64,000 bases of DNA from an uncultured Candidatus Saccharibacteria bacterium (GTDB taxonomy: Bacteria > Patescibacteriota > Minisyncoccia > Phycocordibacterales > UBA5272). How positions within the stretch are numbered: position 1 is the stretch's first letter; every line of letters starts with the position of its first letter. Under the pieces are notes generated by a model. That model did not search any database, was not told the origin of the DNA, and saw only the letters and a program-made list of their open reading frames with translations. Of this stretch, positions 39,369 to 49,706 are shown in pieces. The stretch covers positions 24,705 through 88,704 of the forward strand of contig CAYWEW010000004.1 of the NCBI GenBank assembly GCA_964457775.1, written 5' to 3'. A program made the translations under genes and the position numbers.

Positions 39369-40925
39369 TCAGTAGGAAATTATGTCGGTGAGATTTCCAT
39401 TCTCTCTTGTTGCACGCGTTTCATTATTATATTTTCTTAAAATTAATATCATTAGAATAGAAACGAAAAGATAAATAAAACACATCGTTTTAAATGAAAC
39501 GTTAAGCATAACTGTCGAGTAAGGAAATAATTCTATTGTTCTTGCTACCCATATCATGACCCCAATTAGTACTGAATCTATGTATCCAATAAGTAGTGAT
39601 AATGTGTGTGAAATGTATGAAAAAAATACAACCAAGAATGAGAACAACATCGCAATTGGTACAAATGGAACGACAAGCACATTCGCTATGAGGGCGTACA
39701 CTGACACTGTCCCGAAGGTGTACATAACATAAGGCAATGTCGCGAAGTAGGCAGACAAGGTAGTAATGAAGAGTTCTCTTAAAGAGAGTGGCGACACGTA
39801 AGAGAAATATTTTTGAAATAACAATGTAAGTGGTTCACTCATATACACCAATCCAACCGTTGCGAGAAACGAGAGATGAAGTGATACATCGTGCATGAGC
39901 GCATATGGTTCATACATCACAATTATAAATAACGAAATTATCAAAGCTTGCTTCGCTACATATTGACGACCGACCAACATTGCGAGTAACGCGATGAACG
40001 CCATCAGAGTTGCACGTATAACACTCGGACTACCCCCTACCATAATTACAAAAAGTACTACTGAAATTGAAGCGAACACAATACGCAAAGTAAGTGGAAG
40101 AAACGCGAGTGCAAACAAAATAGAAGCAATTACAATTACTATATTGAAACCAGAAAGAACCACAATGTGAGATAGTCCTGCAGAACGAAATGTCTGAGTT
40201 AATTCTTTGGACATTGATGATGCTCCGAACAACATCCCGCTTGCAAGTGATGACGCGGGTGATGAAACATAAGTATCAATTCTTGTAGTTAAATTTTCTT
40301 TCAGACGACCCAACACATCTCTTATAGCATGAGCCTCACTATCAATCCCCTCCACACGGGGGTACATCATTTCACTTCCAATATTTTTGGTCAGTAAGTA
40401 TGAAGCGTAATCAAATCCTTTTTCTTTGATCTCGTTATGAGAATAAATAATTTTTGGAACAGTAACTTTTCCAGAAAGTTTGAGCGTCTCGCCTATTTCA
40501 TATTTTGGATAAAGCGGTGTGCGAACTTCTACCGCAAGTGCTTCAACATCTTTGACAATCGGCTCTACTGAAAAAATTTGATACTCATTTTTTGTCTCTG
40601 GTGATGTAACAATTACAGCATTGAATGTACAACTACTCTCACATACAAAATTATTTTTCTCCTCAACTAATTGTACACGGATGATTCCGATAAATAGTCC
40701 GAGACAAAAAAGTGAAGTGACGAGCGGAAAAGGAAAATGATGAAGGATGTCGAAGATGTCCTTCATCATTTTTCTTTTCCGCTCCCAACCATACAACCCC
40801 AACTGTATCACCCCGAGCACCACTGCTAGCACCCCCACCTCACTTCCATACACAGACATCTCTCCAATCACAATTCCTAACAATGCTCCGACTACGAATA
40901 TAACTGTCTTTGCATGTGTTGTCAT
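39369..40925 (-). CDS. ComEC/Rec2 N-terminal membrane 'Competence' domain protein (split comEC, part 1)
   Basis: SVIRATLMAFIALLAMLVGR...LHLSFLATVGL competence-domain signature. Confidence 0.6.
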   Translation of the reverse strand: MTTHAKTVIFVVGALLGIVIGEMSVYGSEVGVLAVVLGVIQLGLYGWERKRKMMKDIFDILHHFPFPLVTSLFCLGLFIGIIRVQLVEEKNNFVCESSCTFNAVIVTSPETKNEYQIFSVEPIVKDVEALAVEVRTPLYPKYEIGETLKLSGKVTVPKIIYSHNEIKEKGFDYASYLLTKNIGSEMMYPRVEGIDSEAHAIRDVLGRLKENLTTRIDTYVSSPASSLASGMLFGASSMSKELTQTFRSAGLSHIVVLSGFNIVIVIASILFALAFLPLTLRIVFASISVVLFVIMVGGSPSVIRATLMAFIALLAMLVGRQYVAKQALIISLFIIVMYEPYALMHDVSLHLSFLATVGLVYMSEPLTLLFQKYFSYVSPLSLRELFITTLSAYFATLPYVMYTFGTVSVYALIANVLVVPFVPIAMLFSFLVVFFSYISHTLSLLIGYIDSVLIGVMIWVARTIELFPYSTVMLNVSFKTMCFIYLFVSILMILILRKYNNETRATRENGNLTDIISY

Positions 40926-40934
40926 ATACAGACC

Positions 40935-41441
40935 TTAGACTTGAAAAAAGTAATCCTTTTTCGGCCCTCTATATAATTGCAAATCATTCGCATCATCTGC
41001 GCACATCGTTGCTATAGTATCTGCTCTTTCATTCATTGTTATTCCCACATGAGCTTGTACATATGTCCACACAACTTTTATACCTTCTCCTTTCAATCTA
41101 TCTTCTTCTTTTTTCAACATCTCCCACAAGTCTTGATTGAGTACTGGCTTCTTGGTTGACCCTTTCCACCCCTTTCTAATCCATCCATCTATCCATTCAG
41201 TCATTCCCTTTTTCACATACTGACTATCGGTACACACTTCCACTTCTTTAACTTTTGTCGCACTTATATCTATTTCTTTTAGTCCATGTATCGCGCCCAA
41301 CAATTCCATTCTGTTATTCGTGGTCAAATTTTCTCTCCCCCCTAGCTCCATAACCCCATCCTCTGTCATCACTATTGCTGACCATCCACCTGGACCAGGA
41401 TTCCCCCTTGAACTTCCATCAGTATAAATCTTAATTTTCAT
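40935..41441 (-). CDS. rnhA: ribonuclease HI
   Basis: IYTDGSSRGNPGPGGW, TNNRMEL, D/E catalytic set. Confidence 0.85.
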   Translation of the reverse strand: MKIKIYTDGSSRGNPGPGGWSAIVMTEDGVMELGGRENLTTNNRMELLGAIHGLKEIDISATKVKEVEVCTDSQYVKKGMTEWIDGWIRKGWKGSTKKPVLNQDLWEMLKKEEDRLKGEGIKVVWTYVQAHVGITMNERADTIATMCADDANDLQLYRGPKKDYFFQV

Positions 41442-41476
41442 TTTCTAAGTATATCAAATTAAACAACTAAATATTT

Positions 41477-42835
41477 CTAGCGTAATGGTGTAGACTTTAT
41501 TCTTTCCTCAACTGCCTTTATAAGAGAAGTATTTCTAATATTTTCTCTTAAATCTTTTTTGAAAGTAGAACTATTTATATCAATATTTGGCGTGACCCCT
41601 CTTCCTTCTATTGGAATATTATCATCACGAAGGGTTAAGCTATTCACCAAGAAAAGCGAGAACTTTTCATCTTCACTCATTTGAGTTAGAAGTGGATACG
41701 TATTCTCTACCGTACCCCAACCTCGTGTAACACTACCAACAACTATTGCCAACTTTAGGCGCTTGAATACTGCTGCAGTCAATTCAGCCGTTGATTGTGT
41801 CATGTTATCAGTGAGTACAACTATTTCTTTGTATCGCGCGAGTGGTTCGAACTTAGGAATTTTAGTACGCTCTACCTGGAATTCCCCTTGATGTAATAAA
41901 TCGAAAGCGAATTGATTCTCTCCAATAAACGCCCCTAGGAATATTTGAAGGAAGTCCAGCGCTCCACCAATATTTCCTCTAAAGTCGATTATCAAACTAT
42001 CCAATCGCGGAGTCGTACTAGCATTATCAATAATAGTTGCGAACTCACGTAATGTGGTGGGAGAAATTTTACTTATTGATAAATAAACAGTAGTGCCCAT
42101 AATCATCCCCGATATTGTCGGTTCTATCTGACTACTGTCATATAACTTTTTGTTATTCTCATCTGTCAAAACTTTTCTTGCATAAGTTATTTTCTTCAAC
42201 TCTTCTATTGCCTCTGGGTTAGTAGACTTCGATAGAATAACTTCTTTTTCTTTATATGCCTGTTCCACCACGGCGACCGTCGCCCCCTTCTCTACTCCCA
42301 AGTCTTTGTACAAATCTTTTTCTTTATTGATATTGCTCACATTGTCTCTCAGCGCAACTTCCTGTTTTTTGGAATACAAACCATTTCTTCCCATTGGCTC
42401 TAGGTTGTATGTTGCCACGTTTACTATATCGATTACCATTTGTTTTTTGGAAGATGTTCCATTAACCGACATCAATGCTTCATTTATCATTTTAGAAACA
42501 TCAGCTCTACTATTACTTATCAGTGTTGGTGGTGTTAACTGTGTGTTCACCTTCTGTATAGACAGCTGAAACAGCTTCGCCATGTCTTCCTCTTTTACTT
42601 TTGCCCAATAATTTTTGGAAATAGAATCATACACCTCCATTACGAAGCGCACATATACATCTTTCTCTTCAGGTGTTTGATATACAACCACATCAGCTTT
42701 TTTTTCAAAAAAATAATTGTATGTGTAATACGCCGAAGAAGAAAGCAGAATTGCGACACATATTGCAATCCCAACTTTTAACAAAAAGATTTTTCGTGTA
42801 TGTTTTATTTTTAAAATATTTTTTAGTGAATTCAT
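41477..42835 (-). CDS. S41-family C-terminal processing peptidase
   Basis: FRGNIGGAL, TQSTAELTAAVF (Ser) and TRGWGT (Lys region). Confidence 0.55.
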   Translation of the reverse strand: MNSLKNILKIKHTRKIFLLKVGIAICVAILLSSSAYYTYNYFFEKKADVVVYQTPEEKDVYVRFVMEVYDSISKNYWAKVKEEDMAKLFQLSIQKVNTQLTPPTLISNSRADVSKMINEALMSVNGTSSKKQMVIDIVNVATYNLEPMGRNGLYSKKQEVALRDNVSNINKEKDLYKDLGVEKGATVAVVEQAYKEKEVILSKSTNPEAIEELKKITYARKVLTDENNKKLYDSSQIEPTISGMIMGTTVYLSISKISPTTLREFATIIDNASTTPRLDSLIIDFRGNIGGALDFLQIFLGAFIGENQFAFDLLHQGEFQVERTKIPKFEPLARYKEIVVLTDNMTQSTAELTAAVFKRLKLAIVVGSVTRGWGTVENTYPLLTQMSEDEKFSLFLVNSLTLRDDNIPIEGRGVTPNIDINSSTFKKDLRENIRNTSLIKAVEERIKSTPLR

Positions 42836-42892
42836 ACAAATATACTATTACTTAGTATCTCAAATAATTTATATATTACCTATATGAATAAG

Positions 42893-44215
42893 TTAAAGAA
42901 ACAACAAGCCCCTATCCAATTCATCCGCGTCTGTCCCGCCTAATTTTTCTTTGTGTTTGAGCGCGCCTTGAGTGGAGGCGAGGTGCACGACTCGTTTGCC
43001 GAACTTGTTCTCGAGAGTGTCTAACTGTTTATGTATCGCTTCGAACTTATCCGCTCTATCTGAGTTACCGAACAAGTCTCCCTGCACCACAGCGCCTTGT
43101 GCCAGGTCTTGTAATGTCACCCCTGTTGTACGATACATCACACCTCTCTTATGCATCGCGTCCAATCGTTCGGAAGCCAAAGAGATAATAGTCTCAGGTG
43201 CATTCGTTGGTGAAGATAATTGTATGAGTGCCGTTGTGAATTGAAAGTTTTGGTCTTTCAAAAAAATAGAAATCTTCTTAGGTGTCAGTTTATAATGTCT
43301 CGCCTTCGCACATGCATCCTCAATGTTTTTGGATAATTGTGAAAGAAGAAATGCTTTGTCATTTGTTGTAGGGAAAAATGTTTTCGTCTTCTGTATAGAA
43401 TCGTATTCAGTTTTTGGTTTTGTGTCGAGCTCTATTATCACTTCGCCGTGGAGCTCTCTCCAGATACTCTCATATGGTTTCGACAATGTACTATGTATCC
43501 ATTCCAAGTTTTGATTAGCGAAATCCCCTGCAGTATGTATTCCCAATCTTTTTAATTTCTCTACTGTCTTCGGACCTATGCCCCAGATTTTATCTATTGC
43601 GAATTTATCCAAGAATTCCTGCGCATTATCTTTTGTAATCACAGTCAGACCATTTGGTTTCACCCACTTAGACGCTACCTTTGCCAATACTTTATTCGGA
43701 GCCAGACCAATCGTAACCGACAGTCCCAACTCCTCATTCACTTCTTTCTTGATTCGCTCTGCGATTTCCAAGTAACTCATCTTCAGTGGCTTATCCAATC
43801 CCGTTAATTCCGCGAAGCATTCATCGATACTGTATTCCTCTACATCATCAGCATATCTTCTTACAATGTCGAACATCATACTCGAATACTTCGCATATGA
43901 TTGATAATCCCCTGGAAGCACAATCACTTGAGGGAAATCTTTTTTGATTTTGAATATCGGCATACCACGAGTTATACCGAGTGCTTTTGCTTCATATGAA
44001 AAAGCAGACGCAATACCACGCTCCTCCCCCGTCACTACTGGCAACCCTTTTAATTTCGGATTCTTCGCCACCTCCACCCCCACAAAAAAAGCATCCCCAT
44101 CCATATGAAAAATCACCCGCTCGCGTACGAACTTTCGAATCAGCGAATTCGCGGCTGTGCCGTAAATAGATTGGTTTTCCTCACTCATTCCGCCATTGTA
44201 TCCTCTCACAAACAA
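42893..44215 (-). CDS. dinB: DNA polymerase IV (Y-family)
   Basis: IFHMDGDAFFVGVE, YSIDECF, GIGPKTVEKL. Confidence 0.85.
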   Translation of the reverse strand: MFVRGYNGGMSEENQSIYGTAANSLIRKFVRERVIFHMDGDAFFVGVEVAKNPKLKGLPVVTGEERGIASAFSYEAKALGITRGMPIFKIKKDFPQVIVLPGDYQSYAKYSSMMFDIVRRYADDVEEYSIDECFAELTGLDKPLKMSYLEIAERIKKEVNEELGLSVTIGLAPNKVLAKVASKWVKPNGLTVITKDNAQEFLDKFAIDKIWGIGPKTVEKLKRLGIHTAGDFANQNLEWIHSTLSKPYESIWRELHGEVIIELDTKPKTEYDSIQKTKTFFPTTNDKAFLLSQLSKNIEDACAKARHYKLTPKKISIFLKDQNFQFTTALIQLSSPTNAPETIISLASERLDAMHKRGVMYRTTGVTLQDLAQGAVVQGDLFGNSDRADKFEAIHKQLDTLENKFGKRVVHLASTQGALKHKEKLGGTDADELDRGLLFL

Positions 44216-44252
44216 AAATTCTATAGAACGGAATACAAATGTGTTATATAAA

Positions 44253-46028
44253 TTAAATAACCTTAAACCCTATTTCTTTTAAATATTCAAAAGTAGAATT
44301 ATAAAAATCAGGATTTCGTGTTGGATCATTTTTATCACCATCAGGTATAACAATTACCATTCCTTGTCTTGCTCTAGTTAAAAGAACTCTGTAAGCATTT
44401 TTAAGATAGTTTTGTCGTTCTAACTTTCTGATATGATTCCAACGACTACCAACAAATGACCAATGTTCCCAACCATTATTGGTATATCTAAAATCTGCAT
44501 CCCAAATTACACAAGACCAATCTAGTTCAAGACCTTGAACATGAAACTCTGTTGCAACATCTTCGAGGTAATAAGATGAACGTACATCATCCTTTCCATC
44601 TAAAAACCAATGAATTGGATCAACTGGAGATTTAACATCTATAGCATATGGTTTTAATCTTTCTGCTTGAGAAGAAACCATAATTCCGTAACGTTCCGAA
44701 CCCCTCGCCTGCTCTTTTAACCATTGTTTCGCTTTGGAAACATCTCGAGTAATAACCATTGGGTATTTATTTTTTATATTATTTAAAGTATCTTGTGCGT
44801 CATTTAATTTAATATCAAGCAATTGTTTAAAAAGTAGAGAGACGTGCTCAGCACGAAATGAACGCATAGAAACATCAAGATGTAACTCATCTCTAGTTAC
44901 AACTAGAGGGTTATATTTTAATTCATCCAATACTTTTCCAGCTCCATACTCACTATCAGTTAGTCTAGAAGAAATATAAATATGCCAATCTGGAAAAGAT
45001 CTATTCATGGACTCAATCCATTCACTAATACCAGCTTCTCCGGTATTAATCTCTTGACCCCCACCAACAAGACAAACAACAACGGCCCAATCTTGATGTC
45101 TATCTAAACACGATATAAGAAACTCGGGTTCTGATTGTTTAAAATTAGGCATACCCTTTTTCCTATGCATAAAATTTACTGTTTGTTGTAAATCCCATGC
45201 ACGTTGTGATTCATCAAATAATACAACGTGCTCAATTGGTGGTTTTTCAAAATCAACCAAACATTCATCACGAAAATTATGAACGTTCTGAATAAACATT
45301 TTAACATTACTCATTACTTCTCCTTTTTTAATTTTATGACCTCGTTCCTTTTCATGTCTAACCTTATCTCGTGTTAGTGCTTCACGTAAGATTGCAACAA
45401 GTGGTCCATTACCAGAAAGAAAAACACTATACAAATCATTATCTTTATCTATATGTTTAGTTGCAATATTTAGTCCGACTAATGTTTTACCAGCACCTGG
45501 TACACCAGTAACAAAACAAATTGATTTATGTGATTTATTTTTAGATAAATTTATTATTTCTGAAACTGTTTCTGATGTTTTAGTTAAATTAACTGCGCCA
45601 GCATCACTACGAGATATGTTAACCACCGAATGACCATTGTACAAAGACATCGCCGCTTCAATGATTGTTGGTGTAGGGCAATACCTACCCATCTCCCATT
45701 GTTTTATATCAATATCTTTATCCTCAACAAATATTAAAATATTATTTATTGCTTGATTAAGTAATTCACTGTTACACATCACAGGAATAAGCAGCTTATC
45801 GTTTTGTAATGTAGTAGAAACAACAGTAACAGCACTCTTTGATTTAGTAGCTATTAGTACTGGAGCAATATAATGTTCATGACTTGACTCATGAAAGTTT
45901 TTTAAATCTAAAGCATAATCCCAAACTTGATCTATAGATGATGATAAAAATTCTTTATCGCCAACTTTAAATTCAAGTACAAATACTACTGGTCCAATAA
46001 GTAATACAACATCAATTCTTTTTGCCAT
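44253..46028 (-). CDS. DUF2075-type protein: PD-(D/E)xK-like N-terminus plus SF1-helicase-like ATPase
   Basis: IDVVLL...VLEFK (D...ExK), [34 protein letters not shown]. Possible frameshift at the 5' end (see findings). Confidence 0.55.
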   Translation of the reverse strand: MAKRIDVVLLIGPVVFVLEFKVGDKEFLSSSIDQVWDYALDLKNFHESSHEHYIAPVLIATKSKSAVTVVSTTLQNDKLLIPVMCNSELLNQAINNILIFVEDKDIDIKQWEMGRYCPTPTIIEAAMSLYNGHSVVNISRSDAGAVNLTKTSETVSEIINLSKNKSHKSICFVTGVPGAGKTLVGLNIATKHIDKDNDLYSVFLSGNGPLVAILREALTRDKVRHEKERGHKIKKGEVMSNVKMFIQNVHNFRDECLVDFEKPPIEHVVLFDESQRAWDLQQTVNFMHRKKGMPNFKQSEPEFLISCLDRHQDWAVVVCLVGGGQEINTGEAGISEWIESMNRSFPDWHIYISSRLTDSEYGAGKVLDELKYNPLVVTRDELHLDVSMRSFRAEHVSLLFKQLLDIKLNDAQDTLNNIKNKYPMVITRDVSKAKQWLKEQARGSERYGIMVSSQAERLKPYAIDVKSPVDPIHWFLDGKDDVRSSYYLEDVATEFHVQGLELDWSCVIWDADFRYTNNGWEHWSFVGSRWNHIRKLERQNYLKNAYRVLLTRARQGMVIVIPDGDKNDPTRNPDFYNSTFEYLKEIGFKVI

Positions 46029-46387
46029 ACGAGGAATTGAATACTCAAAATAAATAGAACCCTTAAAGTTAACTAAAGTATTTTTTAAAATCTCTATTTC
46101 TTCAACCCATGCATCACGTTGATTTTGACCAAGATCAAAATCACTATTTTTTGTTAAGACACCAAGAATTTCATCTGATTTCGTTTTAGGAAATTAGATA
46201 TCGAATCAGAATAATATTCTCGTTTCATATATATTTTATAATTCTACCACCAACCAAAGTTAAAGCGAAAGTAAATTAAAAAGCAAGAAAAGGTTTTAGA
46301 TACGAGGAGCAAGGGATTTTTATGAGGAGACGTACGAGTAGTACGTTGACGATTAAAAATCCCTTGTGACAAAGTAGATGAGACCTT

Positions 46388-46678
46388 TTATGGCTTTTTA
46401 CCACCTTTTATATCCAACATTTGTAGTGGACTCTCTACCCCCGGAGTCCAATCTGCTTTTATTTCACCAAATCTTTTTTCGAACTCTGCGATATTATACG
46501 CGAGTGACTGACTCAATCTCTTCGCATGTTGTGGAGTGAGTGCATATGTCATCGCATTCTCACCGGATAACATAGCAAGTATAAAAAATTCTGGAGTAGC
46601 TCCAATGTTCACGTTTTCACAAAACTGTTTTGGTATTTTTTTCAAGTCCATATCATAAGAGTATACACCAAAAGACAA
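46388..46678 (-). CDS. DUF3467-like small protein
   Basis: ...ENVNIGATPEFFILAM pattern. Confidence 0.4.
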   Translation of the reverse strand: MSFGVYSYDMDLKKIPKQFCENVNIGATPEFFILAMLSGENAMTYALTPQHAKRLSQSLAYNIAEFEKRFGEIKADWTPGVESPLQMLDIKGGKKP

Positions 46679-46679
46679 A

Positions 46680-46712
46680 ACAAAAACGCGCCAACCTTAG
46701 CGCGTTTGTAAT
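46680..46712 (-). terminator. Rho-independent terminator
   Basis: AACGCGC-taaggttg-GCGCGTT followed by TTTTGTTTTG on the minus strand. Confidence 0.55.
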
Positions 46713-46723
46713 TGCGTTGCCTA

Positions 46724-47065
46724 TCAATTAAAGTCGAGCAACATGGCCTTCGCAGGACAGTGGTCGAAGCTAATCGGCGAGTCCCCTTTTATGCCGGTCA
46801 GGTAATAATCCCTGATTTGCCTCGGGTAAAAGTCGGCGGTTATTGGACCACCTCCCTTTTCGCGCAAATTCATGGTGAGAATCACCCTTTCGTTCTCCCG
46901 GTCGAATTTCGCTTTGACGACTCTCCCGAAAATACTGACCCCGGGGAAATTATCAAGCGAAACCGCCATTCTTCCGCGATAATCCAGAAGCGCTTCTTTG
47001 AGTGCTCTCAAATGCGCATGCTCCGGAATACCCAGAACCTTCTGACTTCTCTTGTCTCCAATCAT
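46724..47065 (-). CDS. hypothetical protein (113 aa) in a segment of about 50% GC
   Basis: AAGGGGGTG RBS 4 nt before the ATG at 47065. Terminator immediately downstream. Preferred over the antisense TTG-start ORF. Confidence 0.4.
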   Translation of the reverse strand: MIGDKRSQKVLGIPEHAHLRALKEALLDYRGRMAVSLDNFPGVSIFGRVVKAKFDRENERVILTMNLREKGGGPITADFYPRQIRDYYLTGIKGDSPISFDHCPAKAMLLDFN

Positions 47066-47150
47066 ATTCACCCCCTTTGTACAGATACTTGTCGAATAAC
47101 AAGAACATCCAATTATCATTCTACAACTATTTAACTATTTGTCAAACTTT

Positions 47151-47426
47151 TTAAAACAAATCGTTATGTGTCCCAATATCAATAAGAACTAAAACTAACT
47201 CATTCTTAATTATTTGATACACCAAAAGCAAATCTCCTTGTATATGACATTCTCTGTACCCACCATATTCTCCATGCAATTTATGGTCACGGTATTTTAT
47301 AGGAAGAGATTTACCGTTTGCAATCAAATCAATTACAACATCAACATCTAGCAATTTTACCTTGCCATTTTTTACAAGTTTTTTAATCGATTTCTTGTAA
47401 TCTTTTGAAAAATAAACTTGATACAT
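47151..47426 (-). CDS. yafQ: type II toxin YafQ (RelE/ParE superfamily mRNA interferase)
   Basis: ...KYRDHKLHGEYGGYRECHIQGDLLLVYQI..LVLIDIGTHNDLF. Confidence 0.75.
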   Translation of the reverse strand: MYQVYFSKDYKKSIKKLVKNGKVKLLDVDVVIDLIANGKSLPIKYRDHKLHGEYGGYRECHIQGDLLLVYQIIKNELVLVLIDIGTHNDLF

Positions 47427-47428
47427 AA

Positions 47429-47701
47429 TTAGCCAAAAATTGCTCTGTGCATCTCTTCTGCATTCTTATACCCTTTTGTTTTTAAAGCTTCTTTTACTTG
47501 TTTATCCCACTCTGCTCGAATTTGCTTCGGTGTTCTTGATGGCTTAAATGGTATCCCCTGTTCAATCACAACCTGATTAAGAAACATCTTCACAGCACTC
47601 GACAAATCAAGCCCCAAAGCTGATAAGGTCTTACTTGCATCTCTTTTTGTTTTTTCTTCAATTCTTATACTTAATGTAGTCATGGTATAAGTGTAGGACA
47701 A
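47429..47701 (-). CDS. dinJ: type II antitoxin DinJ/RelB family
   Basis: LSIRIEEKTKRDASKTLSALGLDLSSAVKMFLNQVV ribbon-helix-helix. 2-nt gap to yafQ. Confidence 0.7.
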   Translation of the reverse strand: MSYTYTMTTLSIRIEEKTKRDASKTLSALGLDLSSAVKMFLNQVVIEQGIPFKPSRTPKQIRAEWDKQVKEALKTKGYKNAEEMHRAIFG

Positions 47702-47734
47702 TGTACGTACAATGTCAATACACTATTTTTACCC

Positions 47735-49588
47735 TTATTTTACAATATCTTTTATCCTCAACCGGAGCTCCGTCTTTCCTCTAAACACTGACTTCTCAAT
47801 ATGTGCGAGTAATGTATGCTTCTTCTTTGTTTTTTCTTCTAATTCTTTTGATGCAAAAAATATAATTGCTTTCACCTCATCAAATTTTGAACCACCACCC
47901 TTTGGATAAATAACTTCCAAATGTTCCCCTTTCTTGCCGAACCACCTTACAGATAATGGTTCCACATCTTTAAAAGCAAACAAGGGTTTTGGATTACCAA
48001 CACCAAATGGTGCGAGAACGTTGACGGCATTGTGCGTTATAAGATTCACATCATTCAAATTCAAACTAGCATGAACCACTGTCACATCACTTCCCAATTC
48101 TTTTATCTCAACATGCTTAATCGATTCATTAAGTGCGTCTGATAATTCTCCAACTCTGTCTATTGCACAAGAAAATCCCCCTGCCTGTTCATGACCACCA
48201 GCATGTGTAATAACTCCTGGAAATAATTCCATACATCTTGTCATCAGTTCTACAACGTGCACGTCACCTCTCGAACGACAGGACCCTTTGACCGAAGTCT
48301 TATCGTCCCCTTGTCCATAAACAAAAGTCGGCTTCCCTGTTTCATCAATAATTTTCTGTGCGATCAATCCCAATATCCCTGGCCCCCAAGATAAATCTCC
48401 AACAACAATGACGCTGTTACTATAAACACTATGATCAAAATCAATCCCCTCTGTTATATCCTTCACTCCTTGCTTCCTTTCTATATTCAAAGATTCCAAA
48501 TCATCAACATATTTTTGTGATTTAATATTATCTTTCTCATACAACATATTATGTGCCTGTATCGGATCCCCCATTCTTCCCGCTGCATTTATTCTCGGTG
48601 CAATAGTAAAAGCAATATCATCTTCTGTTAAATGTTCCTTCGACACTCCTTGATTACGAAAGATATGATTGAGTCCATGACGTTTCGTCATTCGAAGAAC
48701 TTTCAATCCGAAATATGCGAGAGCACGATTCTCCTTCACTAATGGAACCATATCCGCAACAGTTGATATCCCAACAAGATCAAGTAACCATTTCTCATAA
48801 CCTTCCTTCAAGGTTGCGACAGTATCCAATACTTTTTTCCAGGAATCACCTTTTGCTTTTATCTTTTTCTTTTCGTTTATTTCTTCCTTTAATTTTGAAA
48901 GCAAAGCGCATGACAACTTCCACGCCACGGCACAACCACACAACATATCATCATGATAATTACACACATCCTGCTTAGAGTTAATCACTGCAACCGCATC
49001 TGGTACTACTTGTATGTATTTCTTCGCATTCTTCCCGCTTTTAACTTTTGACTTTACACTTTCGACTTCTTCCGTAACCGGAAGGTGGTGGTCGGTTACA
49101 ATAATATCAACCCCTTTTTCTTTCGCATATTTCACCTCATCAATATTCGTAATCGCCAAATCCACTGTAATAATAAGCGTTACACCCTGCTCTTTTAGTG
49201 AATCAATCGCATGATTATGCAATCCATAACCTTCATTATGTCTATGTGGCACATACATCAAAATCTTTTCATATCCAATATCATTAAAAAATGTACGAAG
49301 TAGTACTCCACCAGGAATACCATCACAATCATAATCACTATATATAGCAATCGTTTCATCATTCTTCATCGCATCAATAGTTCTCTTAACCGCATCACTC
49401 ATACCATGAATATCAAATGGATTCCCAATATCTATATCATAAGAAGGATTAATGAAACGTTCAGCTTCCCTTTTGCTCTCTATTCCACGTTGAACGAGTA
49501 ATTGTGCAGTAAGTGGATGAATGTCCATACCCTCGAACAATTCATGTATTTTTTCTTGAGAAATATGTTTTATTACATCATGTGACAT
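47735..49588 (-). CDS. recJ: single-stranded-DNA-specific exonuclease RecJ
   Basis: DHH motifs IAIYSDYDCDGIPGG, DLAITN, VTDHH. DHHA1 region. Confidence 0.85.
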   Translation of the reverse strand: MSHDVIKHISQEKIHELFEGMDIHPLTAQLLVQRGIESKREAERFINPSYDIDIGNPFDIHGMSDAVKRTIDAMKNDETIAIYSDYDCDGIPGGVLLRTFFNDIGYEKILMYVPHRHNEGYGLHNHAIDSLKEQGVTLIITVDLAITNIDEVKYAKEKGVDIIVTDHHLPVTEEVESVKSKVKSGKNAKKYIQVVPDAVAVINSKQDVCNYHDDMLCGCAVAWKLSCALLSKLKEEINEKKKIKAKGDSWKKVLDTVATLKEGYEKWLLDLVGISTVADMVPLVKENRALAYFGLKVLRMTKRHGLNHIFRNQGVSKEHLTEDDIAFTIAPRINAAGRMGDPIQAHNMLYEKDNIKSQKYVDDLESLNIERKQGVKDITEGIDFDHSVYSNSVIVVGDLSWGPGILGLIAQKIIDETGKPTFVYGQGDDKTSVKGSCRSRGDVHVVELMTRCMELFPGVITHAGGHEQAGGFSCAIDRVGELSDALNESIKHVEIKELGSDVTVVHASLNLNDVNLITHNAVNVLAPFGVGNPKPLFAFKDVEPLSVRWFGKKGEHLEVIYPKGGGSKFDEVKAIIFFASKELEEKTKKKHTLLAHIEKSVFRGKTELRLRIKDIVK

Positions 49589-49706
49589 AGCTCGAAGTAT
49601 ACAGCATCACTCTGTTACACATCTAAATCATAATTAAACACACATGTCCTTTATAAAGGACATGATATTCAAACATAATATTTAAAGGGTTTTATAAAGG
49701 ACAAAT

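Noticed and set aside
46712-47134. 140-aa + strand ORF antisense to the 46724-47065 gene
   Set aside because: TTG start without RBS. The minus-strand frame has a strong AAGGGGGTG Shine-Dalgarno and an immediately following terminator. High GC suppresses stop codons on both strands.
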